A stretch of DNA of 61,923 bases, filler included, from a candidate division TA06 bacterium SM23_40 (GTDB lineage: Bacteria; LJUI01; SM1-40), in assembly GCA_001303705.1 (NCBI GenBank). It is 4 parts of 4 records of this genome, joined end to end, with 100 filler letters (N's around TTAATTAATTAA, not from the genome) between each part and the next. Parts side by side here need not be neighbours in the genome. Positions count along the whole stretch, not along the records: positions 1 to 29,112 come from LJUI01000013.1; 3 more parts are not named here. One strand, written 5' to 3'. Below are positions 10,575-19,672 of the stretch, piece by piece. Both the position numbers and the translations under genes were made by a program. Positions within the stretch are counted from its first letter, which is position 1; the number at the start of each line of letters is the position of its first letter. A model generated the notes under the pieces. The model did not search any database, was not told where the DNA came from, and saw only the letters and a program-made list of their open reading frames with translations.

Positions 10575-11053
10575 ATCTTGTACTTCCCGAAATCCTCGGG
10601 ATTGAGGCGCTCGAGATACTCACGCAAGGCTCTCGCCTTTGTCTCATCATCGATCTCGAGCGTGGTGCCGCTCGACGTCATGACATCTTCGGCCACGTAG
10701 ATCGGCACTTTCACACGCAAGGCGAGGGCGATGGAGTCCGAAGGCCGCGCATCGATGTTAACGATCGATTGCTTCGCCTCCACGTAGATCTTGGCGTAGA
10801 AGGTGTTATCCTTCAGATCGCTGATGACGATCTTGCTCACCTTCGCCTCAAGACCTTCGATCATAGTCGCCATCAGGTCGTGCGTAAGGGGCCGCTCGGC
10901 CTGAATTCCCTCCAGTGCCATGGCAATGGCGTTTGCCTCCGGAGCGCCGATCCAGATCGGCAGAACTCGCTCGCCGTTTCGCTCTTTGAGAAGAACAACT
11001 GGAGTATTATTGGAGCCATCCAGCGCCAACCCCGATACCTTCACTTCGATCAT
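10571..11053 (-). CDS. bifunctional nuclease family protein (DUF151)
   Basis: LPIWIGAPEANAI, RPLTHDL, IDARPSDSIALAL. Confidence 0.92.
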   Translation of the reverse strand: MIEVKVSGLALDGSNNTPVVLLKERNGERVLPIWIGAPEANAIAMALEGIQAERPLTHDLMATMIEGLEAKVSKIVISDLKDNTFYAKIYVEAKQSIVNIDARPSDSIALALRVKVPIYVAEDVMTSSGTTLEIDDETKARALREYLERLNPEDFGKYKI

Positions 11054-11359
11054 GGCTGCACATCCTCGCGTGTAGAGCCTTCAGGAGTGTAGAGCATCCC
11101 ATCACAGCGGTTGGCTAACTTCCCTCCGAGCCAGCGACGACGCTGAAGACGAAGGTGAGACCCGGGCTCCGTCGCCATAGCCGGTATCCACGTGGAACGA
11201 GCCCTACAGGGATCAATAGATAGAAGAACCCGCCGAGAGCGGCAGCAGACACTGCTTCCCAGCGCGCCCGTATGCGTCCGGTTCAGAATATAGCAAAATC
11301 ACCCTTGACCGTCAAGATAATAATGGGAACGGATCGAGGCGCATGCGCTCTCCGCCCGC

Positions 11360-12484
11360 CTATTCGCCCAGGTCCGTCCGTATCCGCAGAAGGTGCATGA
11401 CGTCCCGCCGGGTCAGGATTCCCACGAGCTCGCCGTTCTCGATGACCGGGAGCCGACCGAGGTCGGCCCTCAGCATACGCGCCAGCGCGTGGGATGCATC
11501 CTCGTCCGGGTGGGCGTAGCCATCGGGCGCAAGAGGACGCATCACCTCGATCACCCGAACGGTCGGCCAGACCTCCCGCGCCACGCGCTTCATCTCATCG
11601 AGCCCGACCATCCCCACCACCTCTCCTTCCTGCAATACAGGGAAGCTCGAATATCGGTACCCCAGGAAATAGTCGTGGGCAAGCCGCTCAAGAGTCAGGG
11701 AAGGATCGACAGCCACGACCTCAGCCGTCATGAGCTCCCGCACCTTTATGCCCATCAGAGAGCGCCGCACCATCACCTGTCGATAGCCTAACTCCGCAGC
11801 CTGCTTGAGGAAGAGCCCGATCAGCACCAGCCAGACTCCACTGACGAGCTGGCCGCTGAGGAAACTCACGACCCCCAGAAGAATGAGCAGGATAGCGAAG
11901 CCCTGCCCCACAGCACTGGCAATCCTGGTCGCCTGCCTGATGTCGTTCGTCCTCATCCACAGGAGCGCCCGCAGCACACGCCCGCCATCGAGGGGAAAGC
12001 CGGGGACCAGATTGAAGAACGTCAAGATGAGATTAAGCGTGGCTACGTAGGTCAAGACCGCGACGAGAGGACTCCTCCCCACGGTGATGTAGAAAAAGGC
12101 CGCACTCGCCCCGAAGAGAACTGCCAGCAGCACGCTCGCTGCCGGCCCTGCTACAGCCATCTTGAGTTCGGTCCTCGGGTCTTTCACGTCCTCGCCCATC
12201 TGGGCCACGCCGCCGAAGATGAAGAGCGTGATCTCCTTGATCGGGAGCCCGCTCCGACGCGCCACGAGCGAGTGCGAGAACTCGTGGAACAGGACTGAGA
12301 CGAACAGGAGCAATGCGGCCACTGCGCCCACCAGCCAGTACACCCAGGGCGATAGCCCGGGATAGGTGGAGGGAAAGTAGCGGACAGCGAGCGTCCACGT
12401 GATGAGAGCGAAGATGATGAACCACGTGTAGTTGAGCGAGACCTGGATCCCGAACAGACGGAACAGTCCGATACGTCGCAGCAT
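11360..12484 (-). CDS. site-2 (M50) membrane metalloprotease with CBS pair
   Basis: HEFSH, NLVPGFPLDGG, C-terminal CBS domains. Confidence 0.92.
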   Translation of the reverse strand: MLRRIGLFRLFGIQVSLNYTWFIIFALITWTLAVRYFPSTYPGLSPWVYWLVGAVAALLLFVSVLFHEFSHSLVARRSGLPIKEITLFIFGGVAQMGEDVKDPRTELKMAVAGPAASVLLAVLFGASAAFFYITVGRSPLVAVLTYVATLNLILTFFNLVPGFPLDGGRVLRALLWMRTNDIRQATRIASAVGQGFAILLILLGVVSFLSGQLVSGVWLVLIGLFLKQAAELGYRQVMVRRSLMGIKVRELMTAEVVAVDPSLTLERLAHDYFLGYRYSSFPVLQEGEVVGMVGLDEMKRVAREVWPTVRVIEVMRPLAPDGYAHPDEDASHALARMLRADLGRLPVIENGELVGILTRRDVMHLLRIRTDLGE

Positions 12485-12629
12485 AGTCACCTCAATGGGT
12501 TCCTGATTGGATCTCAATCACGAATAGACCAGTAACGAGAGCCTCTGCCGTCGGAAGGAATGCGCTCTATAGGGTAAACAACGCCCCTTCCGCCGTCAAG
12601 CGCATTCCTAACCGGAACAAGCTTTTCTG

Positions 12630-12659
12630 TTGACACCAGAGACCTCGACCTCTTATCGT
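12630..12659 (+). promoter_or_regulatory. putative sigma70 promoter of the thi operon
   Basis: TTGACA (12630-12635), 18-nt spacer, TATCGT (12654-12659). Confidence 0.45.
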
Positions 12660-12763
12660 ATCTTCGCATACCTCAAGACACAGTCCTCAGGCTGACATTC
12701 CGGCCCGCAGGTGATCTCGATAAATCCCTGTACAGGCGCAGATGAGACGAGGAGGAAGAGCAG

Positions 12764-13549
12764 ATGCCGATATTCGAACCCGTAGGAGAGAAGGAAGTCA
12801 CCCGCGCCATCATAGACAGCTTCATGAAGCAGTTCCATGCGTACGCCGAGTCCGACGTCATCATCGTCGGCGCAGGCCCGAGCGGACTCATGGCGGGCCG
12901 CGAGCTTGCCGCGGCCGGGGCGAAGATACTTATCACGGAGCGCAACAACTACCTGGGAGGAGGATTCTGGCTGGGCGGGTATCTGATGAACAAGGTTACC
13001 GTGCGGGCGCCGGGACAGGAGATACTCGCAGAACTCGGTGTCCCGTTTGAGCAGGCCACACCCGGACTGTACGTCGCCGACGGACCTCACGCGTGTTCGA
13101 AACTGATCGCCGCGGCCTGCGATGCAGGAGCCAAGTTCGCCAACATGACGATCTTCGATGACGTTGTCGTGCGCGATAGCCGAGCCGCGGGAGTCGTCAT
13201 CAACTGGACGCCCGTCGCCGCCCTCCCACGCGAGATAAGCTGCGTCGACCCGATTGGAATCGAATCAAAACTCGTCATCGACGCCACCGGCCACGACGCC
13301 TGCGTCGCCCGCAAGATGGAAGAACACGGTCTTGTCACACTCCGGGGTACCGGCGCGATGTGGGTGGAGCGATCGGAAGATGCCCTCGTCGACCACACGG
13401 GCGAACTCTATCCTGGACTCATCGTGACGGGAATGGCGGTAACCGCTGTCTACGGCCTGCCGAGGATGGGTCCGACATTCGGCGCGATGCTCTATTCCGG
13501 CAGACGCGCGGCTGAGGTCGCTCTCGAGAAACTGAAGGAATTCGCCTAG
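12764..13549 (+). CDS. thi4: Thi4-family thiazole synthase (Cys-type active site)
   Basis: [41 protein letters not shown]; clustered with thiE. Confidence 0.93.
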   Translation: MPIFEPVGEKEVTRAIIDSFMKQFHAYAESDVIIVGAGPSGLMAGRELAAAGAKILITERNNYLGGGFWLGGYLMNKVTVRAPGQEILAELGVPFEQATPGLYVADGPHACSKLIAAACDAGAKFANMTIFDDVVVRDSRAAGVVINWTPVAALPREISCVDPIGIESKLVIDATGHDACVARKMEEHGLVTLRGTGAMWVERSEDALVDHTGELYPGLIVTGMAVTAVYGLPRMGPTFGAMLYSGRRAAEVALEKLKEFA

Positions 13550-13576
13550 CGGCTTGTCCACACGGGATCATACAGG

Positions 13577-14443
13577 ATGCCAGCGACGATCGACCAGAGG
13601 CGCCTCCCCAGCACCATCTATCTGTACCACGACGGAGCGGCGTCTACCCTCGATCTCGACGCCATCGCGAGCTACCTCCACGATCTCTTCCCGACCCTAG
13701 CGGTGACACAACGTATCGACTTCGCCGTTCACCACCTGAGGTCGATCCCCGACGCCGAACGCTCACAGCGTCAAGAGAGTCTGGCGAAGAGTCTCGCCTC
13801 ACTGCGCATACACGACCCCGCACAACAGATCGATCGCCAGGGTCAGCCTGACCTCTTATCCGGGGAGATCGAATTCGAAGCGCGACAACTGGCCGCGCCG
13901 CACCGCACAAGCGGCGGCGTCCTGTACGAGGGCTCGCTCCTGGCGCACACTCTCGCCCTGCTCGTCCCCCACGAGGAGTCGAGCCTAGAGCATCTGCACA
14001 TCGTCCTCACGCGGAGGCTCTTCGCCACGTGGGAGCAAGCCGATGGGCGCTATCATGCGCGCGTCATCCTCTGCGGGTACCCTTCGCTCATCTCCACGAG
14101 CGGGGTCGTCGAGGCGCCGGCCAGGCCCCGTGAGTACTATGTACTCCGGCGCCAGGCGGCGGCCGGAGGGCCGAGCTTACAGGCTCTCATCGACTGGGAA
14201 CGCACAAACAGGCCCCGATTCCTCGACCACGATGACGAACGCCTTACCGATGTGATCCTCGGTTATGTGATGCAGGCATTCATGTTCCACGTGAGCGGCG
14301 AACCGTTCTGTCAGGAACCCACATGTCGACTATACAATGCGCACTGGCAGGAGGATCTGATCAGAGCACAGCTGGGTGCCGGCCCGGACTTCTGCCCACA
14401 TCATGCAGAGATGATCGAAGCCACAGGCACATCGTATAAATGA
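13577..14443 (+). CDS. conserved hypothetical, putative metal-binding protein (DUF6775-like)
   Basis: STSGVVEAPARPREYY and FCQEPTCRLYNAHWQEDL...FCPHH; family assignment from memory. Confidence 0.55.
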   Translation: MPATIDQRRLPSTIYLYHDGAASTLDLDAIASYLHDLFPTLAVTQRIDFAVHHLRSIPDAERSQRQESLAKSLASLRIHDPAQQIDRQGQPDLLSGEIEFEARQLAAPHRTSGGVLYEGSLLAHTLALLVPHEESSLEHLHIVLTRRLFATWEQADGRYHARVILCGYPSLISTSGVVEAPARPREYYVLRRQAAAGGPSLQALIDWERTNRPRFLDHDDERLTDVILGYVMQAFMFHVSGEPFCQEPTCRLYNAHWQEDLIRAQLGAGPDFCPHHAEMIEATGTSYK

Positions 14444-14526
14444 TCTCTGGAGGGGGAACGCTGACGAGCGCATCCCGGCGCGGAGACCTCGGCGAGGTAG
14501 CTCCAATGGCCTGATGAGGGATCCCC

Positions 14527-15180
14527 ATGAAACAGAGACGATCCCCGGACTATAGCCTCTATGTCATCACCGACCGCAGGCTGGCCCGCGGCCGGCCGCT
14601 GGAGGCCCTTGTCGCCCAGGCGATCGCTGGAGGTGCCACGATCGTCCAACTCCGCGACAAGGAATCGAACGACCGGATCCTGTACGAAGATGCCCGCTCT
14701 CTGAGAAAGCTCACCGGAGAACGCGGGATTCCGCTCATCATAAATGATCGCGTCGACCTCGCCCTGGCGGTCAATGCAGATGGCGTCCATCTCGGCCAGG
14801 AGGATATGCCGCCCGATGTTGCCCGCCGCCTTCTCGGTTCGGGGAAGATCCTCGGGCTCTCGACACACAGCGAGGATCAGGCGCGAGCGGCGGCCAGGGC
14901 CTCCCCCGACTACATTGCCATCGGACCGATCTACGCGACGACGACCAAGGAGAACGCCCTCCCGCCGCTGGGAACGGAGATCATCGCCGGACTCAGGCCG
15001 GAGCTGCGCGTTCCGATCGTCGCAATTGGCGGAATCGACAAGACAAATGCTACACTCGTGGGGCGAGCAGGGGCGGATGGAATCGCTGTCATCTCGGCCG
15101 TCATGGGTGCCGACGATGTGATGGCAGCGGCGAGTGATCTGCGGGCGGCATTCAGGCAGGGAAAGGAAGAAGCCAGGTAG
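14527..15180 (+). CDS. thiE: thiamine-phosphate synthase
   Basis: LYVITD, QLRDK, INDRVDLA, GVHLGQED, VAIGGI. Confidence 0.95.
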   Translation: MKQRRSPDYSLYVITDRRLARGRPLEALVAQAIAGGATIVQLRDKESNDRILYEDARSLRKLTGERGIPLIINDRVDLALAVNADGVHLGQEDMPPDVARRLLGSGKILGLSTHSEDQARAAARASPDYIAIGPIYATTTKENALPPLGTEIIAGLRPELRVPIVAIGGIDKTNATLVGRAGADGIAVISAVMGADDVMAAASDLRAAFRQGKEEAR

Positions 15181-15239
15181 CGATCTGTACCCGCTCCCTC
15201 GGCTGCCCGACGCATGTACAGGGGACCTGGATTCTCTGC

Positions 15240-15276
<37 letters not shown>

Positions 15277-15293
15277 GAACGCTGTCTATATAC

Positions 15294-15374
15294 TACTCAC
15301 ACAAGCAGATCACAGCACTCACACAATCAGACAAGAGCACTTACACAATCAGACAAGAGCACTCACACAATCAG
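15294..15374 (+). repeat. four tandem 22-bp direct repeats (CACTCACACAATCAGACAAGAG; first degenerate, last partial)
   Basis: Units start at 15294, 15316, 15338, 15360; array ends at the hdrA RBS. Confidence 0.92.
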
Positions 15375-15384
15375 GGGAGAGACC

Positions 15385-17937
15385 ATGAAGGGTTCGGTAC
15401 TCGTCATTGGAGCCGGAATCAGCGGGATGCGGGCCACGGCAGAGCTCGTTCAGGAGGGGTTCAAGGTCTTTCTGCTCGAGCAGAGGCCCACGATCGGCGG
15501 CACCATGGCCCAGTTGGACAAGATGTACCCGACGAACGAGTGCGCTACCTGCACTCTGCTGCCTAAGATGCTCGAGCTGACCAGCAATGAGAACGTCACC
15601 CTCCTGGCTTTTTCGGAACTGAAGGAGGTCACGGGTGCTGACGGCGGGTTCAAGGTACGTTTAGAGAAGAAGGTCCGCTATGTCGATCCCACCAAATGCA
15701 ATGCATGCACCGAGTGCTTCCCGGTCTGTCCGGTGGGCGCAGTGCCCATGGAATTCAACTTCGGCCGCGGCGCGAGCAAGGCGATCAGATTCTGGTCCCC
15801 CTTCCCGCCACGAAAGGCGCTGATCGACCCCGAGGCGTGCACCTACATCAGGGAGGGAAAGTGCGGAGAAGGCACCGAGCCCCTCTGCGCCGAGGCGTGT
15901 GAACCCGATGCCATCGACTTCTCTCAGAAACCAGCAGAGGTGGAGATCGAGGTGGGCTCTATCATCCTGGCTGCCGGGGCAAAGGAAGAGCGAGGTGAGC
16001 CCCTGGCGCGGCTCGGACACGGAAGGCTGGACAACGTGCTCACCTCCCTCGAATACGAACGGCTCCTCTCGGGGTTGGGGCCCACCGGCGGCGTGGTGAA
16101 GCGTGACGATGAGACCGTTCCCCACCGAGTTGCCTGGATCGTAACAGAGGACTTCGACTCCGGCGGCCGGCCGCGCTCTCCTACCGCGTTCATGTCCGCC
16201 ACCTCCGAGGCCCTCGGCACCCTTGAGCGGGATGCCGGGGCCGAGGCAATCGTCATCTCGGGCGGCCCGAAGCTGGAGGGCAGGGGCTATGAGGCGTTCT
16301 GGAACGATGCCAGGGAGAGGGGAGTCCAGTTCACCACAGCCTCCGCCGCGGAGGTGACACAGGGACCCGATGGAGCCCTCGTCGTCTCCTGCCAGGGGGG
16401 CGACAGAGACGAGATCGAGGCCGACATGGTTGTTCTCTCTCCGCCCCTTGTCGCGTCCAAGAGCATGACGGACCTGGCCGAAAGACTCGGGATCGGGCTC
16501 GACGATCATGGGCTTCCTGCCACCCCGGACGCACACCCCCTCAAAACAACCCGAAAGGGCGTCTATCTCTGTGGGATCGCGCAGGGATCCAAGGGGATCC
16601 GCGAATCGGTGATCGATGCCTGTGCCGCCGCAGCGGCGTCCGCAGCCCGCCTCGCCGGGGTGCGGGGAACCGAGATCACCTCACCGAGCCCGCCCGAGCT
16701 CCTGCCGGTGACGGCAGACGACGAGGCGAAGACCGCTGTGATGATCTGCCGGTGCGGCGCGAATATCGCCGGCGTACTCGACATCCAGGAGCTGGCCGAC
16801 TACGTCGGCACTCTCCCCCATGTGGCCCGGGTGGAGATCACCCCGTTCGGGTGTGATGGCGTCAAGATCAAAGAGCTGCTCGGGTCTGGAGAGTACAATC
16901 GCCTGCTGGTGGGCGCCTGCTCCCCGAGAACGCATGAGCCACTCTTCCAGATGTACACGGAGGCGGGCGGCCTCAACCGCTACTTGATAGAGATCGTCAA
17001 CCTGCGCAACCAGTGTACCTGGGTTCATGCCCATGACAAGGAGGGAGTCGCCAGAAAGGCACGGACCCTCATGCGCATGGGGGCGGCCAGAGTAGCGCTC
17101 CAGGAGCCGCTTACCGGACTCTCCATCCCGGTCACTCAGAGCTGCCTGGTCATCGGCGGCACTCCGGCCGGCATTGCCTGCGCCGCAGAACTGGGAGAGA
17201 TGGGCTACGCCACCTATCTGGCTATCGCGGAAGACGAACCCGGCGCGGGCCTGGATGCGAATGCCACGCGACTTCTGGCACCTCACCTGGAGTCCATGCG
17301 GGAGTCGGGTAACGTTACGGTCTACCCTCGGGCGACGATAGGACAGGTACAGGGTTTCGTCGGGAACTACACCGCAGAGGTAGTGACCGAAGGAGGCTCG
17401 AATCAGGTTGAGGTGGGGACGATCGTGATCGCGACGCGCGATAAGATGGGACGGCCGGGTGGAGAGGAGGACTACGAACATGCCCTGTATCTCACGCGGG
17501 ATGACGACGGCTTCTTCGTCGGCGCTCTGGGCAATCTGAATCCGCTCGACTTCAACACCGACGGAGTGTTCATGTGTGGCTCTGCCCGGGACGACACGTC
17601 TGCAGCATGGTCGATGGTGAGCGGCGAGGCTGCCGCCTCGCGGGCAGCAGCCATCATATCTCACGGCGAGATGGCTGAGTCACCCGTGGTCTCTTGCGTC
17701 GTCGACGAAAACTGCGACGGCTGCGCATACTGCATCGAGCCCTGCCCGGCTCATGCCATAACCCTGATCGAGTACATGAAGGGAAAGGAGATAAAGAAGA
17801 CCGTGGAGGCGAACGAGGCACTCTGCAAGGGCTGTGGGTCATGCATGGCGACTTGCCCCAAGGAGGGGATCTTTGTACACCACTTCAGACCCGATCACCT
17901 GCGGGCAATGGTTGATGCCCTTCTGGAGGTTGCGTAG
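15385..17937 (+). CDS. hdrA: heterodisulfide reductase subunit A-like polyferredoxin flavoprotein (two fused modules)
   Basis: VLVIGAGISG, GGTMAQLDKMYPTNECATC, ICRCGANI, GACSPRTHEPLF, NLRNQCTWVH, ferredoxin motifs. Confidence 0.85.
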   Translation: MKGSVLVIGAGISGMRATAELVQEGFKVFLLEQRPTIGGTMAQLDKMYPTNECATCTLLPKMLELTSNENVTLLAFSELKEVTGADGGFKVRLEKKVRYVDPTKCNACTECFPVCPVGAVPMEFNFGRGASKAIRFWSPFPPRKALIDPEACTYIREGKCGEGTEPLCAEACEPDAIDFSQKPAEVEIEVGSIILAAGAKEERGEPLARLGHGRLDNVLTSLEYERLLSGLGPTGGVVKRDDETVPHRVAWIVTEDFDSGGRPRSPTAFMSATSEALGTLERDAGAEAIVISGGPKLEGRGYEAFWNDARERGVQFTTASAAEVTQGPDGALVVSCQGGDRDEIEADMVVLSPPLVASKSMTDLAERLGIGLDDHGLPATPDAHPLKTTRKGVYLCGIAQGSKGIRESVIDACAAAAASAARLAGVRGTEITSPSPPELLPVTADDEAKTAVMICRCGANIAGVLDIQELADYVGTLPHVARVEITPFGCDGVKIKELLGSGEYNRLLVGACSPRTHEPLFQMYTEAGGLNRYLIEIVNLRNQCTWVHAHDKEGVARKARTLMRMGAARVALQEPLTGLSIPVTQSCLVIGGTPAGIACAAELGEMGYATYLAIAEDEPGAGLDANATRLLAPHLESMRESGNVTVYPRATIGQVQGFVGNYTAEVVTEGGSNQVEVGTIVIATRDKMGRPGGEEDYEHALYLTRDDDGFFVGALGNLNPLDFNTDGVFMCGSARDDTSAAWSMVSGEAAASRAAAIISHGEMAESPVVSCVVDENCDGCAYCIEPCPAHAITLIEYMKGKEIKKTVEANEALCKGCGSCMATCPKEGIFVHHFRPDHLRAMVDALLEVA

Positions 17938-18351
17938 ATGAACGAAACATACGAACCAGTCGTAGTCACCTTCTGCTGTAATTGGTGCTCATATGCGGGC
18001 GCGGATGCAGCCGGTACCGCTAAAGTGCAATACCCCTCCAACGTCCACATCGTCCGGGTGATGTGCAGCGGGATGCTCCATCCCAACATCGTCATCGATG
18101 CCCTGAGCAAGGGAGCCGACGGCGTCCTGGTCTGCGGCTGTCATCCAGGGGATTGCCACTATCAGGAGGGAAACTTGAAGGCAGAGAAACGGGGCGAGGC
18201 AATAGGCCTGATCCTGGAAGATCTCGGGCTCGAGCCGGAACGCTTCCGCCTCGAGTGGGTCTCTGCCTCGGAAGGAACGCGGTTCGCCCGGATCGCTACC
18301 GAGATGGTCGAGACCCTGCGGGAGCTCGGCCCGAATCCGTTCAGGTCCTGA
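17938..18351 (+). CDS. mvhD: MvhD/FlpD [2Fe-2S] subunit
   Basis: FCCNWCSYAGAD, RVMCSG, GCHPGDCHY, WVSASEG. Confidence 0.93.
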   Translation: MNETYEPVVVTFCCNWCSYAGADAAGTAKVQYPSNVHIVRVMCSGMLHPNIVIDALSKGADGVLVCGCHPGDCHYQEGNLKAEKRGEAIGLILEDLGLEPERFRLEWVSASEGTRFARIATEMVETLRELGPNPFRS

Positions 18352-18440
18352 TGGGATCCCGGCAAACGGAGGATGTCCTGGCTTCTCCTCCTTGCCGTCG
18401 GAAGGTGGGAGAAGAAGTCCGGCCCGGCGGAGATCTCGCT

Positions 18441-18992
18441 TCACTCAGTTTCACCCGACCGTTCAAGTCTCCCCGAGGCTATCTCGCGTCCCGTTTTCAG
18501 CTCGAGTATACGAGTATTCATGATCCTGCCGGAGATGTCGAGAAGGGCGTAGCTCGCCGGCGCGCCCTTCTTATCCTTCCGGCGCAGATGTCCCGGATTA
18601 AGCCACATCACCCTCTCCTCCTGCTCCAGACGCGGCAGATGGGTGTGCCCGTAGGCAATGACGTCGACAAGGCCTGTCTGGGCGAGTATGACCGGGTCCG
18701 GATCGCCGGGCAGATCGTTCTCGTGCGACTCGGGCGAATGAGTGAGCAGAATGCGGATGTCGTCGAACTGACGCACGATGCGATTTTCGATCTGGCTATC
18801 TCTGTAGTACGAACTGTACACGCCTGGCACACGCACTACCTCTGCTCCTCGGTCGAACAGCTCTTCGGCATCCTCATAGTCGTCGCCCAGATGTATGATG
18901 ACATCTACCCGATGGTCTTCCACCAGCTCTCGTGCCGCATCGCGCAGCAGCCGGACATCCCCATGACTATCGCTCACAACACCGATCCGCAT
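18441..18992 (-). CDS. metallophosphoesterase (YfcE/MJ0936 family)
   Basis: VVSDSHG, HLGD, YGHTH, NPG. Confidence 0.88.
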   Translation of the reverse strand: MRIGVVSDSHGDVRLLRDAARELVEDHRVDVIIHLGDDYEDAEELFDRGAEVVRVPGVYSSYYRDSQIENRIVRQFDDIRILLTHSPESHENDLPGDPDPVILAQTGLVDVIAYGHTHLPRLEQEERVMWLNPGHLRRKDKKGAPASYALLDISGRIMNTRILELKTGREIASGRLERSGETE

Positions 18993-19195
18993 CTTCGATA
19001 TCCCTCCAGTCCAGAATTTGCAGCCCCTCGCCCCTCTTCAGCTGCTTCAGGAGTCAGCACAGATCTCTTCTCGGGTGATAGCCTGCCCGGGGGACCGCAG
19101 CGAGGATAGACTGCGAGCGCCGGTTATCCAGTAGAGATCCAGGCACAGCCTGGACCCGACGGGAACCGAGAGATATCGTACCCGACCCCCGAGCC

Positions 19196-19483
19196 TCACT
19201 TGGAGACTGTCATCTTCACGACGTTTCCTGACGAATCGACCGTCGCCCTCACGACTCGCGGCATACTCGACCCATCCTCCGTCGTCAGACTGCACGTGAA
19301 CGTCAAAGTGTGCAGGTCGCGCGCGGGCCGGCCGGGAGGCGCAGCGCCCAGCTTCCTTACGAGGCGCGGATCGACCCCGGATGGACAGGGCGCTACATCG
19401 GGCTCGACACCGGCCATCTCAGGGAACTCCTCCGCGACCTGTCGCTTCACCGCCTCAATTATCTCGCGACTCAGTTCTGACAT
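19196..19483 (-). CDS. small conserved hypothetical protein
   Basis: Compact ORF (EEFPEMAGVEP...PRVVRATVDSSGNVVKMTVSK) co-oriented with the C25-like gene. Confidence 0.6.
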   Translation of the reverse strand: MSELSREIIEAVKRQVAEEFPEMAGVEPDVAPCPSGVDPRLVRKLGAAPPGRPARDLHTLTFTCSLTTEDGSSMPRVVRATVDSSGNVVKMTVSK

Positions 19484-19672
19484 GGATCGTACGACTCCCC
19501 TGCGATCGAACAGCCCGGGCACCGTCTACCACGGTTCCCGGCAGTTCTCATGTGGTCGACTCTTCTCGCTCTTCACCCCTCCATCGCCGCGTGCCCCAGT
19601 CAGATCCTCCGCACCTCCCGAGAGACCCGATCATCTCTCACCGTTCTACGGCATTCCGATCCATCCGACCGA

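Noticed and set aside
11054-11359. Possible ncRNA in the 300-bp spacer
   Set aside because: No recognisable 6S, SRP, tmRNA or RNase P motifs by eye
15294-15374. CRISPR or plasmid iterons
   Set aside because: Units are contiguous with no spacers; no rep gene nearby
17938-18351. Selenocysteine recoding in MvhD/HdrA
   Set aside because: Cys codons are present and there is no in-frame TGA
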